Assembly (NCBI GenBank): GCA_002104905.1
Contig: MCFE01000388.1
Coordinates: forward strand, 1-64,000
Reading direction: 5' to 3'
Source of the DNA: Basidiobolus meristosporus CBS 931.73
Lineage: Eukaryota > Fungi > Basidiobolomycota
Length of the DNA: 64,000 bases
Positions 24,512 through 36,776 of the stretch are shown here, in pieces; the first letter of the stretch is position 1; each line of letters starts with the position of its first letter. The notes under the pieces are model-generated. The model worked only from the letters and a program-made list of their open reading frames with translations, ran no database searches and had not been told where the DNA came from. A program made the translations under genes and the position numbers.

Positions 24512-26743
24512 ATGTTCAAGGTTGGACCAATGCCCCTCCGTTCCTCTCCAGACCTTTCCCTAAACTGGCTCACCCTTTTTTACAGAACCTGCAGGCAGCA
24601 CTTTCCAAACTACGCGAAACTCAACATGTCCCGCCTCAGCCCACTTTAGAAAAAAGCGAGGTACGTTGTCCTTTGGTTCACTTGTTCATAGGGCCAACCC
24701 GATTGACAGCTCTTCCTCTTGAAAGAAAGTTCCGCTTAAGCCTCCGGCTGAGACCTTGCCTAAATCGAACCAGGATTTCAAAGAGGACTTCGAGGTGATG
24801 GAAGCTGACCAAGATCTGTTGGATTTATTAGACGAGATAGAAGAGCAGCAATCCCAGCAATCACAATTGAAGGTTCCTGAGGATGTACTAGAGATAGAGA
24901 ACGATTCGAATGTAGTTGGTACTTTGCCGACCCCCAAGTTTCTTCGCACTGGACATACTTCCAAATCCAACGGACCTGCGCCAGCCAGCCCTTCGATTGG
25001 TGGCGCACCTTCTAGTTCAAACAGGCATTTCCCAATTTCGGCCACCAACCTTTCGAATGGACCATCCCCTTCCCCCAAAGTTCAACCCACTTCCTCAGCT
25101 CCGACCCATTCTCAAGTAACTAGCACCAGTCAAGCACAGCCGCAATCCGGGAGTCAAAAGCTTAAAGGGTTTTTGTATACGAAGTCGAAGAATTCCCAAG
25201 TCTCTTCCAAAAATACGAGCATCCATAATCACCCCACTTCCAAGAAGGATGCTGACCAGCCACCGAACCCTAATACCGCTGTGAAATCTCCCAGCTGCGC
25301 TACAGAGACGGCACCTGCTCAGAACCGCACGAATGCTACCTCGGCTCTTCTACCAGCCAACCATCGACCAGTACACGAATCCCCAAATTCCCAGCAGAAC
25401 AGCATCCCTAAGACGCCATCAAAACCCCAAACAGACTTCACGGCATCGTTCAATGCCAATCGTGTGGAAACGCCGACGAATCAATTACTTTCCAGATCGG
25501 CTTCTGAGCCGCGCCAAAACATTCAAAGCGCCAGCGCAGCAGCCGCCTCGCACATCGACAGGAGAAATTTCAGCACCGGAAAGATCAATTCAAGAACGCG
25601 TAGATTACCAGGGCCTGCCGGGGATATTCTAGCCCTGGGTTCGTTCGACTCCAAGGCCAAGCCGATCCATCAAAGTGCCCCAGGCATCAGCCATCTTAGC
25701 ACGCCGAAGACACCCTCGAGCAACCGACTTTCCACTTTCCAGGAGGACGATTTTATATCCGGGGCATGGTCGAAGATGCTGACCACGCTAAAGCTCCCCA
25801 AATACACCCCGGCCACCGCCCCATTCGTCAAGAACACCTCGCCTTTCCTCAACTACAACATCCAGTATATCTTGGAGCACGGGTTCCAAAAGAAAATCCC
25901 TTACGTGGTGTTGATGATAAAGGAAACAAGGTCAAACGAGATCAACGTCGGGGTGACGTTTATTGATCCTACCGGGGAGATTAGTGGGACCATTCATCGG
26001 AAAGTGGTCGAACTGTATCCAGATGATATCACCACCGGCACAGTACTGGTGCTGCAACAAGTAGGATGAATGCCACCAAGGTCGCGAATATCCCCCAATG
26101 CTAATGGACCCTTTTGTTTCTAGGTATCTGTGTTTAGCCCCAGTCTGCACTCGCATTACCTCAATGTCACCCCGAAGAATATTGTCCATCTATTCCCGTC
26201 CAGCCGGGAGGAAATCCTTTCCCCCAATGGAACTCAGCCCGAACACCAGTATGGCGATCCTTCTGCATCCCCGCTGAAAGAGAAATCGAAATCGAAGCCC
26301 ACCGACTCGATTTTCCATTCGCCAAAATCCCTTCCTAAAGAGGGTCAGCAGAATGTCGATGGATCATTGATGCAGACGAACCCCGCCATCGACTCGCCCT
26401 CCCGCAGCACAGATCTCCCGCTCTTTCTCAAACGCAAGAACTCCGAGTCGTTGAACGTCCTGGATGAGCCCAGGTTACCTGAGCCGAAGAGACAGCTGTT
26501 TACCGACCGACTGTTTAGTAAAAGTATCGAATCGCCCAAGCCCAAGCCCAAGCCCGAGCCGAGCCGATAGCTAGCACCACTGCGAACCAAAAGACCAGCT
26601 TCCTAAGCGTCGAGAAGTCCTCGCCGGACACGCCCGCGGCCTCGCAAATGCTGTTCTCGACCAGCCAACCGGTGGCGGAGGAGGATCTAGAATGTCTACT
26701 GGACGGCATCGAAGAGTCGTTTTTTGAAGACGATCTGATTTAG
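24512..26743 (+). CDS. HROB: HROB/C17orf53-like OB-fold protein (MCM8-9 loader); 5' exons uncertain
   Basis: RLPGPAG motif, OB fold (FIDPTGEISGTIHRKV...TGTVLVLQQ|VSVFSPS..HYLNVTPKNIV), acidic C-terminus EEDLECLLDGIEESFFEDDLI*. Confidence 0.8.
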
Positions 26744-27192
26744 AGTCGTCGTCGTCGTCGTCGGCGGCGGCATCTGTTTTGTTTTTGACTTTTTGTATAT
26801 AGAACCTATTGTTGAAAGTCGAGCCATTTTCATAACCATGTATTGTTTACTAGCGCGAGACCCTGTTGATGGTGAAGCACACTTCGACCCTGACCCCGTT
26901 CCTCCCCCTTCCTCACCGCCAAAGCCATGATCCATTCATTTGCTTCAAGCGAACTTGCCCTCATCCCCGCATCTATCCATTAGAAATACTGTAGAATAAA
27001 ATACCTATCAACAGACGCATCGATCCCAGCTCCGACTCGAAATCCTTAGACAAAACCTGATGCGATTCGATTCGATCCGATCGGATCGGATTGGATTCAA
27101 GGGAAAAAAGAAATTCTGAAGCCCAACGGGCCAGTAAGAAAAAAAAGGGATCGCCAACCTGCGAGCGAGCGTACGCCAACGAAGAGAGAGAC

Positions 27193-28556
27193 ATGGGAAA
27201 AACCTCCAAAGACAAGAGAGACGTGTACTACCGTCTGGCGAAGGAGCAGGGCTGGAGAGCTCGTAGCGCGTTCAAGCTGCTTCAGGTCGACGAGGAGTTC
27301 AACTTATTCGAAGGTGGGTGGTCGTTCTTCACCGTCCCCCAGTGATTTGCAGGGGGGATCGTGCACGGCGGTAGTGTTTACTGGTATCAACGGAAGTCCT
27401 GTGGGCTGACAACCCTTCTCGGAAATGGTTCTTAGGCGTGAAACGTGCGGTGGATCTATGTGCGGCCCCTGGAAGTTGGTCCCAGGTCCTCAGCCAGAAA
27501 CTAAGGTAAAGACCAGGTTGTTGCGGGCACTTACGATATGCGACAGTAGAGTGATGCTTGTTTTTCACAGTCAGAATGTAGGGGAAGGGGAAGGCGAAGA
27601 GCAGGCCAAGATCGTGGCGGTGGATTTGCAAGCAATGGTAACGGCTCCTTGGCGGTTGAAAAGTGTATGTTCTTCTCGGACTCATCCCGCGCTCATCGCT
27701 ATTAGGCTCCACTTCCTGGAGTGATCCAGCTTCAAGGAGATATCACCAAGGTTTCCACGGCGGAGCAGATCATCTCGCACTTTGAAGGCGAGTTGGCGGA
27801 CCTAGTGGTGTGTGACGGAGCGCCAGATGGTAGTCGTCTAGCTAAGCATCCGCCCCTTTTACAACCAGGGTCGTATTAATCAATTCGATATTTCCCTAGT
27901 GACTGGACTTCACGACATGGATGAGTACATCCAGGCCCAATTACTACTAGCCGTAAGCTCGACCCTTGTTATGGACCGCCGGTTGATCCCCGAGATTCAC
28001 CCTTCTTTCTCTTCACCAGGCTCTAAATATCACCACGCATGTACTGCGCCCGGGAGGCGCCTTTGTCGCCAAGATCTTCCGTGGTAAGGACATCACCCTG
28101 CTGTATGCTCAGCTCAAGATCTTCTTCAAGACGGTTACCTGCAGCAAACCACGAAGCTCACGTAACTCCAGCATCGGTAATTCGTGTGTCACTGTGACTT
28201 GTCGGACGATTTACTGATGCAGCATGTTTACTTGCGTAGAGGCGTTCATCGTCTGCCAAGACTATTCCCCTCCAGAGGGATATCAGCCTACCATGGCCAA
28301 CCCGTTACTAGACTTATCGTGCGGTGAGTATCCGAATCTATCCTCATCCTCGTCCTCGTCCTCCACCTGGTCCTCGATACTCATCTTGTAAATGTCAGGT
28401 TTGTCCAACGAGCTAGCCGGCCCAAACCGGGAGATCGTCCCGTTCATTGCTTGCGGAGATCTCAGCGGGTTCGACTCGGAACAGAGCTCCTCAGCCCCGG
28501 CCCAGCCCCCCACTAGCCTTCCCTACAAAACCACCATCAGGCTTCAACGTCAATGA
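27193..28556 (+). CDS. TRM7: tRNA (cytidine32/guanosine34-2'-O)-methyltransferase Trm7/FTSJ1
   Basis: [66 protein letters not shown]; multiple GT-AG introns. Confidence 0.95.
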
Positions 28557-29070
28557 CGCGCGAAGGGGCACATATGGATGTATATAGACGCTGAGAAGGG
28601 AATAAATCTGGACGGAGAGGAAGGGTTTATTTTATATACATTAGCAAGATTGAGTTCCATCGCCTGGATATGGCGACGATGGTGGATTAGGGATTATTGG
28701 GTTGGATTTATGAGAAAAGGCTACGTCGATTCTCTCTAGGATATCTAAGATTTGGCTCTATAAAGGTTTGGTTAGGAGGCGCGCTAGTTACCCTGTGGCC
28801 TCTTTTTTGTTACGCAGGTGGAGTTAAGTTAGCGAAACCCTGGATAGGTTTTCTGGTCCAGTGCGGTTAGAATCCGTAGTAGCCAGAGTAGAACGAGGGC
28901 TTGGGAACCCCACCGTTGGCCGGGGTCTCGAATGGGTTGAACCCTTGCTCGGGTACTCGTCGGTTGGGCCAGCCGGAGAAGTGGCTCCGGAAAGGCTTTC
29001 TTTCTTGAGGAACATCTCGAGGCGAGGTGTTGTACAGGCTTCTGGCCGGACCATCTAGTCGTAAGAAGGG

Positions 29071-32000
29071 TTAGTCAAGAGAGCACCGAGATGTCCATAT
29101 TGGGATCATCATACTGTCGGGAGCGTAGTTCGACCACAAGGAGCTCTTGACGTTGTTCTGGTGGAGAAGACGGGTGGTTATCATCGGGATGATGGGGCAA
29201 ATCCAACAGGTACTCACTTTGTGATCAAAGAATGATTCGGAGATGGCGCGGGCTGATTGATGGATCTGAAGCTGGTTGACAAGAAGATTAGCAACATCCA
29301 ATGGCTGACAAAACCTGTATCGCTTACATTTGAGGTGACCCCTTGGTCTGTTTGGCGTCTCTGTATTCGCCGTGAACGGTTCGAATTAGTTGCAGTCGTA
29401 GGAGTAGGAGTAGGAGTAGAGGGTTTGATGTGGTGTGATGTGGTGGTAAGTACCTGAACCGTAGGCCCGAAAAACGAACCAGTGGACCTCTGGTCAAACA
29501 GAGAATAGCTTCGCTGATCCCTCATATGGCCTGGATTAGAAGAGGGTTAGGAAATGTATAGATGTGGCTTTCGGGGAATATTCACCTGCAAGCGCAGTGG
29601 GGTTGTGTCTGCCGGGTGAAAGGTAGGAGTCGTCCTCACAGAAGCCAAAGTTGGGGTTTCCAAAGGGAATCTATGGAGCTGCATTAGATGATAAGGTAAA
29701 GATATGTTGATCACCGGAGCTTACGTGGTTTGCAGCCAGAAAATCTTGAAGCATCTGTTGGGCTCGTGGTACTAAGCTAGCTTCACTCGACTCGTATCTC
29801 ATAATGAATGTGTAAAAGCCCTGATCTAGTGTGTTGCTCCTCATGGGGGAGAGGTCATTGAAGTCACAGGGAGACGCCAACAAGATAATGTTCAGCTCAT
29901 GCTTGATTCGTTTCACCAGATACCTGAACGCCTCGGAATCAACCGCAAGGTGTAGAGCAGTAGACAACGGGTAGCGAATGCGGTTCTCGTTCAGTGCGAG
30001 ATCTTGAAGTCTCTGAGAAACATGCATGGCTGGGTCGTTGCCCACCAGTGTAGAGTGGGAATAGCCCGAATCCTGGCGGGTGTAATTGCTCTTTGGCATT
30101 GGCAGAGGCTCCGCCACGAGGCCAGAAGCAAAGCACTCGTTAGAGCTCATCAGCCATTCTTGATCCTGCAGCATATACATGGTTAATGATCATCCGTGGG
30201 AGAGATTGAAGCTGGCCACATACCTTGCTCTCGACCATGTCAGTGATGGTTTTTTTGAAGTTGGCTAGATTCTGGATATTCTTGGCAGGAGTCCTGGCAA
30301 CAACATTGTCCCCTGAATCCACACACACCCCTTGGGCGGCAAACTCCTCTGCCGTCGAGAACTTGACATAGACACCAAACTGCTTCATAATCCTTTGGAT
30401 ATTTTTCCCGCCTACGCCGATGATGCGTTTGTGATAATTCTCGGGCACATAGAAAGAGATCTCCGCGGGCAGCTCCTCCTAAGTTTCACGGTGGAATCAG
30501 AGTGCGTCCGGGGATACCACCGTAAGGAATACGTACCTGAAGAAGCTTCAGTCCCTCGAGAGTTTTGCTGCACTCCGGGCTGTAGATGTTGATGAAGAAA
30601 TTGAACTCGTTCAAATTCTCGTAGCCGATCTTGGTATTGGTCACCTTCATGATCTTGTTGATCTTTCCGTTCTTCTTACCGCTGATGAACTCCCTATGCT
30701 CAGAGGCCAGTTCCACCTGGAATTTCGTCTCTCGCTGGAAAAGCTGGGAGGGGTCAGCTGCGGGGTCTTGCAAGGGTGGGGCCGGAGATCACTTACTTGG
30801 AAGGAATACTCGTTGCCAATCAGCCTGAACGCCGTTCTCAGCTGATCAGGCCCGCCACACACTTCGAAGCAGTGGTTACGAAAAGCTATCTCTGCGCCAG
30901 AAGCCATACAGATCCGGCTCATCAACTGTTCAGTCTCTTCTCTGGAAGGCAACTGAATGGCCTGGCTACTAGGTATATTGTTCTCTAACCAAAGCGACCC
31001 AGAGAACATACCACTAGTCTGTGGCCAGGTGAGTACTAGGGAGGATAACCGCAGTATTGAGTTCACTTACCATCTGCATGATAGTTTTTGTTGTCCTAGA
31101 TACTTCTACTTCATTCTGACCGTACACGGTGATGTATGGATGCACCTGGTTGGCATCAGGGAACACAACAGAAGTGCCTGACAACATTGCCTATCTTAAT
31201 TCCCATCCCGACTAAACAAACGGACCTTTCGAACACTTACCGTTAGCAGCTATGGTGGACATTAGCTCCGTGTACTTCAGAATGGGCAACCAATCGAACT
31301 TTCTTGATTGCAAGGTGATGTGCCTCTTGATCAGGTCCGTATTCTAAAAGCACAGGTAAGTTATACGGCACGACCCACCCGACGACGAGGAGCGTAAAGT
31401 CCTACCGCTTTGTGTACAGAATTGGCCAACATCAGCAGTGCCTTTTCCACCTGGACCTTCTCGCCCAACACGAGAACGCCTCGGGGAGAGGTCGATGTGG
31501 AGTGGGTTTCCAAGAAATTGCCGTACGGTGTGGGTACCACAATTTTGGTCTGGGTCTCCTTTTCAATGGACCTGATGTACGAGTGATTCGGACCCGACAC
31601 GATTCCCAACAGGTGTACGTCAACCTTCAATTCTTCGCAATACATGTTGCCCTGGGGTGTTTAGAGGTTATCTTAGTAAGGGGCAAGCTAATTGTAGAGC
31701 TGATGGGAGCCCCTTACCTGACGTAGGATCACCTGTCGAACTCTGTCAACCACATTCGGCTTGCCCTGTATCGAGACGCCGACCTCACTTCTCTTACTTT
31801 CGGCGGCGGGGGATCCGCGTACATCTGTAGAAGTTAGGTTGATAACAATGTCTTCATCTCGAATGATATCATCGATTTTGGCCTGGATCTCCGACTTCCA
31901 TGCATTGCCTTCAAATAAGCCACCGTCGCAACGAATCTTTAGTGTCACTCCCGCCTGAATAGAGCGATCGGGTTTAGCGTGGAAGTGGATGGGTGACGGG

Positions 32001-32318
32001 ACGGTCGCTTACCTCGGAAGGGTATCTTTCTAGGAGGGTTCTTTGGGTAACCATGAGCTGTTGGGACGGACCTGACAAGAGAACCACATAACGAGGGGCG
32101 GAACCTTGCTCTTCAGGGGCATGTTTATTTAAGTTAATGGGTTTGATTTCGTAAGAGCAAGGATCCTTCACAATCTGCTCACAGAATTGAGTCAGCTTGC
32201 TCAAGGGCATGCCGCTGGGCTCATAGTGGCATTCAATTTCGGTTGGGACTGTGAAGAGGTTATGGGTATGGCTTAAGGCAGGTTGGACAAGGCAGAAAGC
32301 GACCGATGCGGAATCCAT
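29071..32318 (-). CDS. Multi-KH-domain RNA-binding protein (fungal Mug60/Bicaudal-C-like); ends approximate
   Basis: Repeated KH segments: PENYHKRIIGVGGKNIQRIMKQFGVYVKFS, EHREFISGKKNGKINKIMK, DNVVARTPAKN. Confidence 0.8.
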
Positions 32319-33184
32319 TACGGGTAAGCAAAAACGGGGAGATATTTCGAAAGAAGCAATTGCTAATGAGTTTGGAACTCTCATGACCCACATTCCCTTA
32401 TATATTCCCACCAAAAATCGCGCCAGAATACAAATGACAAGCATTAATAACAACGATACCCACGGAAAAACAGAAAATAACAGATGTGAGGATAATTTCC
32501 TTAACAGTCGCATCGGCAATCTAAACATTGTTCTATTCCCCAGGTCTCTGTTTCGCTGGCAATCATTATCTTGTTGCGACCAGATCCTTTCAATGTTGTC
32601 GCTTTTCCTGATCTGCAGGTGAAGAGAGATTGGCGGTCTTGCCTGATGGGTAATTGTTAGGGCGAAGGCTTCATTGTAGCCATTATACTAGCCATGTACT
32701 CTGGATTTCGAATGATCATCCGCCGTCATTGCATCTCAAAATCATCCTAGCCATTGTCTCCATTCACGTATTGTCCTCCAGGTGTTTCGAATGAAACACA
32801 TATTACTAGAGCTGCTACACATCTCTAACCACGGTCTGCATAAAAACATCGTTTCAACATACATATCATTCATATTCTAAGGTAAGACAACAATCGGTGC
32901 ATGTATGCAACCCTATACTCCCTCCGATCATTATTGTCAATGGTGATGATATCGGCCTGGCGTTCGTTCGAAGGCCCCAGTCTAATGGTATATGCCAGTT
33001 GTCTGACCTACGATCGTCATTGTTGGCATTGAGTGCAAGCATTACCACCCAGCATACCAGAGATGCTCGATACATTCTCGAGCCAAGCGAGGGGAGGGGG
33101 GTAGAATCGACAAATCACCGGGTGATGAGAGGGGTGTATGGGTGGCGAGAATGGAGACGTGAGGAGAGGAAGGGATAGGGAAGC

Positions 33185-33392
33185 TGTATGAAGTCTGAAT
33201 CCGACCAGAACAGGCAGCAAGTGTCGCATATAGAGATGCGTCAACACAAAAATCATCAAAGATGATCAAAGACTGATGGCTAAAGTAAGACAAGTGTATG
33301 CAAATGATCGAGAAATGTATAAAAAGTAGATCTACGCTAAATAAAGACAGACTGTACACAAACAGAAGGACGGAACTGCTGGATTCATAACA
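33185..33392. mobile_element. 208-bp TG..CA insertion (possible small solo LTR) 9 nt upstream of tRNA-Pro
   Basis: Absent from the paralogous left arm; ends TGTATGAA...TTCATAACA; AGC (or AAGC) duplicated; contains TATAAAAA and AATAAA. Confidence 0.5.
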
Positions 33393-33401
33393 AGCAGCAA
33401 G

Positions 33402-33473
33402 GGCTCAATGGTCTAGTAGTATGATTCCTCGTTCGGGTCGAGGAGGTCCCGGGTTCAATTCCCGGTTGAGCCC
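33402..33473 (+). tRNA. tRNA-Pro(CGG), only a T4 run downstream
   Basis: Identical 72-nt sequence to 23671-23742. Confidence 0.85.
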
Positions 33474-33793
33474 GTTTTGCTACACTAGTTTACGTATGCT
33501 TTTGTCAGCCATAATTTCATTCTTGGACCCATGAATATTCCTATGCCCTCCTAAAATCAGTGACTTCCCACTATCAAGAATTCCCTTTAAATAGGCGATG
33601 CTGTTCACCCGAAAACCTTGGATCATGTGCACATGCCACGGTGATTAGGTATCTTACGGCCAAGTCACTGCCATGATAGCTAACATAGCTATCCAAGTGC
33701 TCTAGATGGCAAGTCAACAATTAGGAACCAACTACCAGTAACCATTCATTTGGTCTGTGGGAAATTGTGCCGAAGCGTTGACCATATCTCTAT
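33402..33793 (+). mobile_element. tRNA-Pro-headed SINE-like unit, copy with shared upstream flank
   Basis: ~98% identical by eye to 47790-48183 over tRNA + ~146-bp spacer + 163-bp module. Confidence 0.6.
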
Positions 33794-34177
33794 TCTCCAC
33801 CAACAACAAAGATAAATTAGCCAGGGAAACCGGTTCCATAATGGTTCGCATTGGGACAAAGATCAATGTAGACTGGATCTACATAATAGGTGCTCTACTG
33901 CAAGAGAATTCCACGAGCCATGCGGATGAATCGTCTGTGATGTGGCATGGCTTCAAGACCACTGCTGCACATACACAGATTGAGGGGGAATTGATCCGAG
34001 ACCCTCGGTGCGCGAAATCCAGTTCCCGCGAGAACCAAATGAAAAACTGCCATTCTTGTGTAAGATTGATGGCCTAATAAAGAAATCCCTAAGCGGGACG
34101 GGGGTCAGCCAGCACAACCCTGGATCAACCCAACCTTTGCGGCCCGGCCTTCCTTTCACTTCACCCAGCCAGCCAAC

Positions 34178-35289
34178 ATGTTGGGTGCCAAACTTCACTT
34201 CACCAAACCAGGGGTTTTCTTCTTCGATGTGGACAACTGCTTGTACTCGCCGGCGCTCGGGATATACGACATGATGTGCACCAGGTTCGGCCCTTGTTTT
34301 TCTTTTGCATTCCGAAGGAAAACCGACTAATCGATTACTCCCCTTCCCTGGATTCCCTCTTTCCCGCAACCCCCCTCCCAATGGACCGAACAGAATCCGC
34401 AGCTTTGTCAAGGAGCTGGGTATCCCTGAGGAGGAGGTCATCCCTTTGTGCAGCTCGTATTCGAAAACGTACGGGATGACGGTTCGTGGGTTGCTCAAAT
34501 TTCACAGTAAGTAAATCAGCTCACGTCGCAGAACCTCCAAACCTTAATAGTTGGCCAACTAATCTGTTAACGGGTGTTCTTGTTGCTAGATATTGATCCT
34601 ATGGAGTATGGTACAGTGGTTTCTAAACTGTGTTGGGAACCATGGTGAAGCTACTTCCAGCTAACTTGGATCGTTTTGGCAGACCGAAAGGTGGACGGAA
34701 GCTTGCCTTTAGAAGAATTGATTTCGCCTAATCCTGAGCTTCGTGCAATGTTACAATCGCTTCCCATGAAAAAATGGGCCTTCACGAACGCAGCCCTTCC
34801 GGTATGGCTCGAGTCACATGACCTCACCCCCTCAACACTGAACCACGACTAACCTATGGACATGTAGCATGCCAAGCGCGTATTGAGCTTACTGGGCATA
34901 GAGGATCAGTTTCAGGGCATCACCTATTGTGACTACGCGATACCCAACTTTCTCGCCAAACCAGGTAACTTCATAGAGAGGCGTGAGAAAATGCTGGTCG
35001 AATTCTGACCCATTCTCGTAGATCCTGAGCAATACCATGTTGCCATGGCGATGGCAGATATTCAGGACCCCAAATTGTGCTACCTGGTGGACGATTCGGA
35101 GCCGAACATTTGCACAGCCAAGGTAAGCGCACCAAATGATGGATACATCCCAGCCTTTATTCAGATTATTCTCAGAAACTTGGCTGGACCGCTGTACGGG
35201 TTGCTACGCACGCGACGAAAACTGTTGGGGACCATCAGATCTCCGAGATAACCGAGTTGCCCAAAGTCCTGCCTGAATTGTGGGAATGA
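34178..35289 (+). CDS. SDT1: Pyrimidine 5'-nucleotidase, HAD family (Sdt1/Phm8-like)
   Basis: VFFFDVDNCLY HAD motif I, YGMTVRGL, KKWAFTNA, FLAKP, LVDDSEPNI; multi-exon. Confidence 0.85.
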
Positions 35290-35342
35290 TGGGTGGATGG
35301 TTCAATAGACATAGGTGACATGGAATAAATAAATCCACTGGT

Positions 35343-36540
35343 TCAAGCAAAGACCTGTAGATACTCGGCAACGAACAGCCTCATGATGAGGCTAAAATCG
35401 ACCACGGAGTCGTGGTCAATGGCGCTGGCATCGTCCTAAGAATGCTCGGTGTGAATAGAGCGGTGCTGGCGAGCAGCAATGAATATCCACATTACCTTTG
35501 TTGTGTGCCATACATGGGGGAACGGTATAGGGATCAGGTGTAGAACTGGGACCCCTTTTTCAAGGAACGGCCTATGGTCGTCATCGATCCCCGCCTCAAT
35601 CACGGTGAGGGGCCCAAAGTATCCTTCGTTTTCCTCCATCAGCTCTAAATCCGCGTTCGACAGTAGTGAAAGGGCGGAGAGTTTGCGCTCGATCACCTTC
35701 AATCTTTGAAAGAAGTAGCTAGTATTGAATTGAGTGTTCAAGATATTCGACCCTTTGGCCCCGATTAGATCCAGCAACACGAAGAGCTCAATTGTTTGTA
35801 GACGAGACACTGCATCGCTTCCGATTGGATTGTGGATGTCTTGAAGCTTCGTGTTCTCCCATTTCTCCGCCAAGTGTCTGAAGGAGGCAAACGAACGTGA
35901 ATAAAATAGGCAGGGGATTGGAGTGCACCGCAGAGACTACTTACCTGGCTCCATATAATGAGTCTGTTTGGGTCCAAGTTTGGAACGCCTCTTCCCCATC
36001 CAAGAAAACAAGCTCCAGAGCCAGTTCGTTGTAGCGCATTTTTTCTGAGCTCAGTAACTCGTTCAAAGCGTGGGCTATATCCAGCAGTATTGCACAGGGA
36101 ACAGCAGAATCCGTGGCACCAATAAAGGTATCCGGTGGTGGAAAATACTTGGAATCAAAATGGGCGGCCAAGACCAGCTTTCTCTTGGCGTTGGGGTTAT
36201 TGGTAGCAACTATGTTGTTGAAGCTGACCACACCCATAGGGGTAGTGTCATTGAACCTATCCTCCTCTACGTGCCAATCTAACTTACGTAATTCCTCAAT
36301 TAAGAAATTCTGTACCTTTAGGTTCCCCTCGGTACCAGACACCCTGGGCACCAATAAAGGCTTCAGTAGCTCCCCTTCAATACTTAGTCTTTCAGGGACA
36401 GAAAGCTTAGTGAGCTCTACAATCTGCTCGTTGGTTAGACTTACACTCTGCGAGGCATTCAGCCAGGTAAAACCAAATACTCCACTGGCAAACCAGATTG
36501 CCACCAAGAATATACTTTGACCCAAGCTTTTCGTTATCAT
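35343..36540 (-). CDS. QPCT: Glutaminyl-peptide cyclotransferase (M28 family) with N-terminal hydrophobic signal; start uncertain
   Basis: LVLAAHFDSK, GATDSAVPCA, FLDGEEAF, DSLYGAR, LDLIG, DDHRPF, PFPHVWHT. Confidence 0.92.
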
Positions 36541-36776
36541 GACCAAGAAAATACGAGCCAAGGTCTACAGGACTTGGGAATTCTTATACCTGTTAATGCT
36601 GATCGTCACACCTCCATATGACTGATTAATTGGGTAGCTAACGTGCTTGAATGTTGATTAACTCGGTGAAACAAAACGAATGTTGATCAGAAGTGACAAA
36701 TTCTGGAAGATAGGCCAGTAAATGAGCGCAATAAATAAAAAATATTCGATGAGTCAGTGAGTCCACTCAAACCTCT

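Larger units (their letters stand above)
32855..33893 (+). repeat. Right arm of inverted repeat
   Basis: Same ordered blocks as 22884-24078 in opposite orientation, plus a 208-bp insertion at 33185-33392 and a different tRNA-module spacer. Confidence 0.9.

Noticed and set aside
26744-26772. (GTC)n/(GGC)n tract after HROB and (GAAAC)n near 48566
   Set aside because: Ordinary short microsatellites in UTR or intergenic DNA
28824-29054. ORF downstream of the KH gene as an extra exon or gene
   Set aside because: KH frame can terminate at 29071; overlapping ORFs on both strands have no motif
33620-33784. Module as a solo LTR or MITE (TGGATCA..TGACCA ends)
   Set aside because: Terminal repeat is imperfect, not kept in the 40882 copy, and no copy has a TSD
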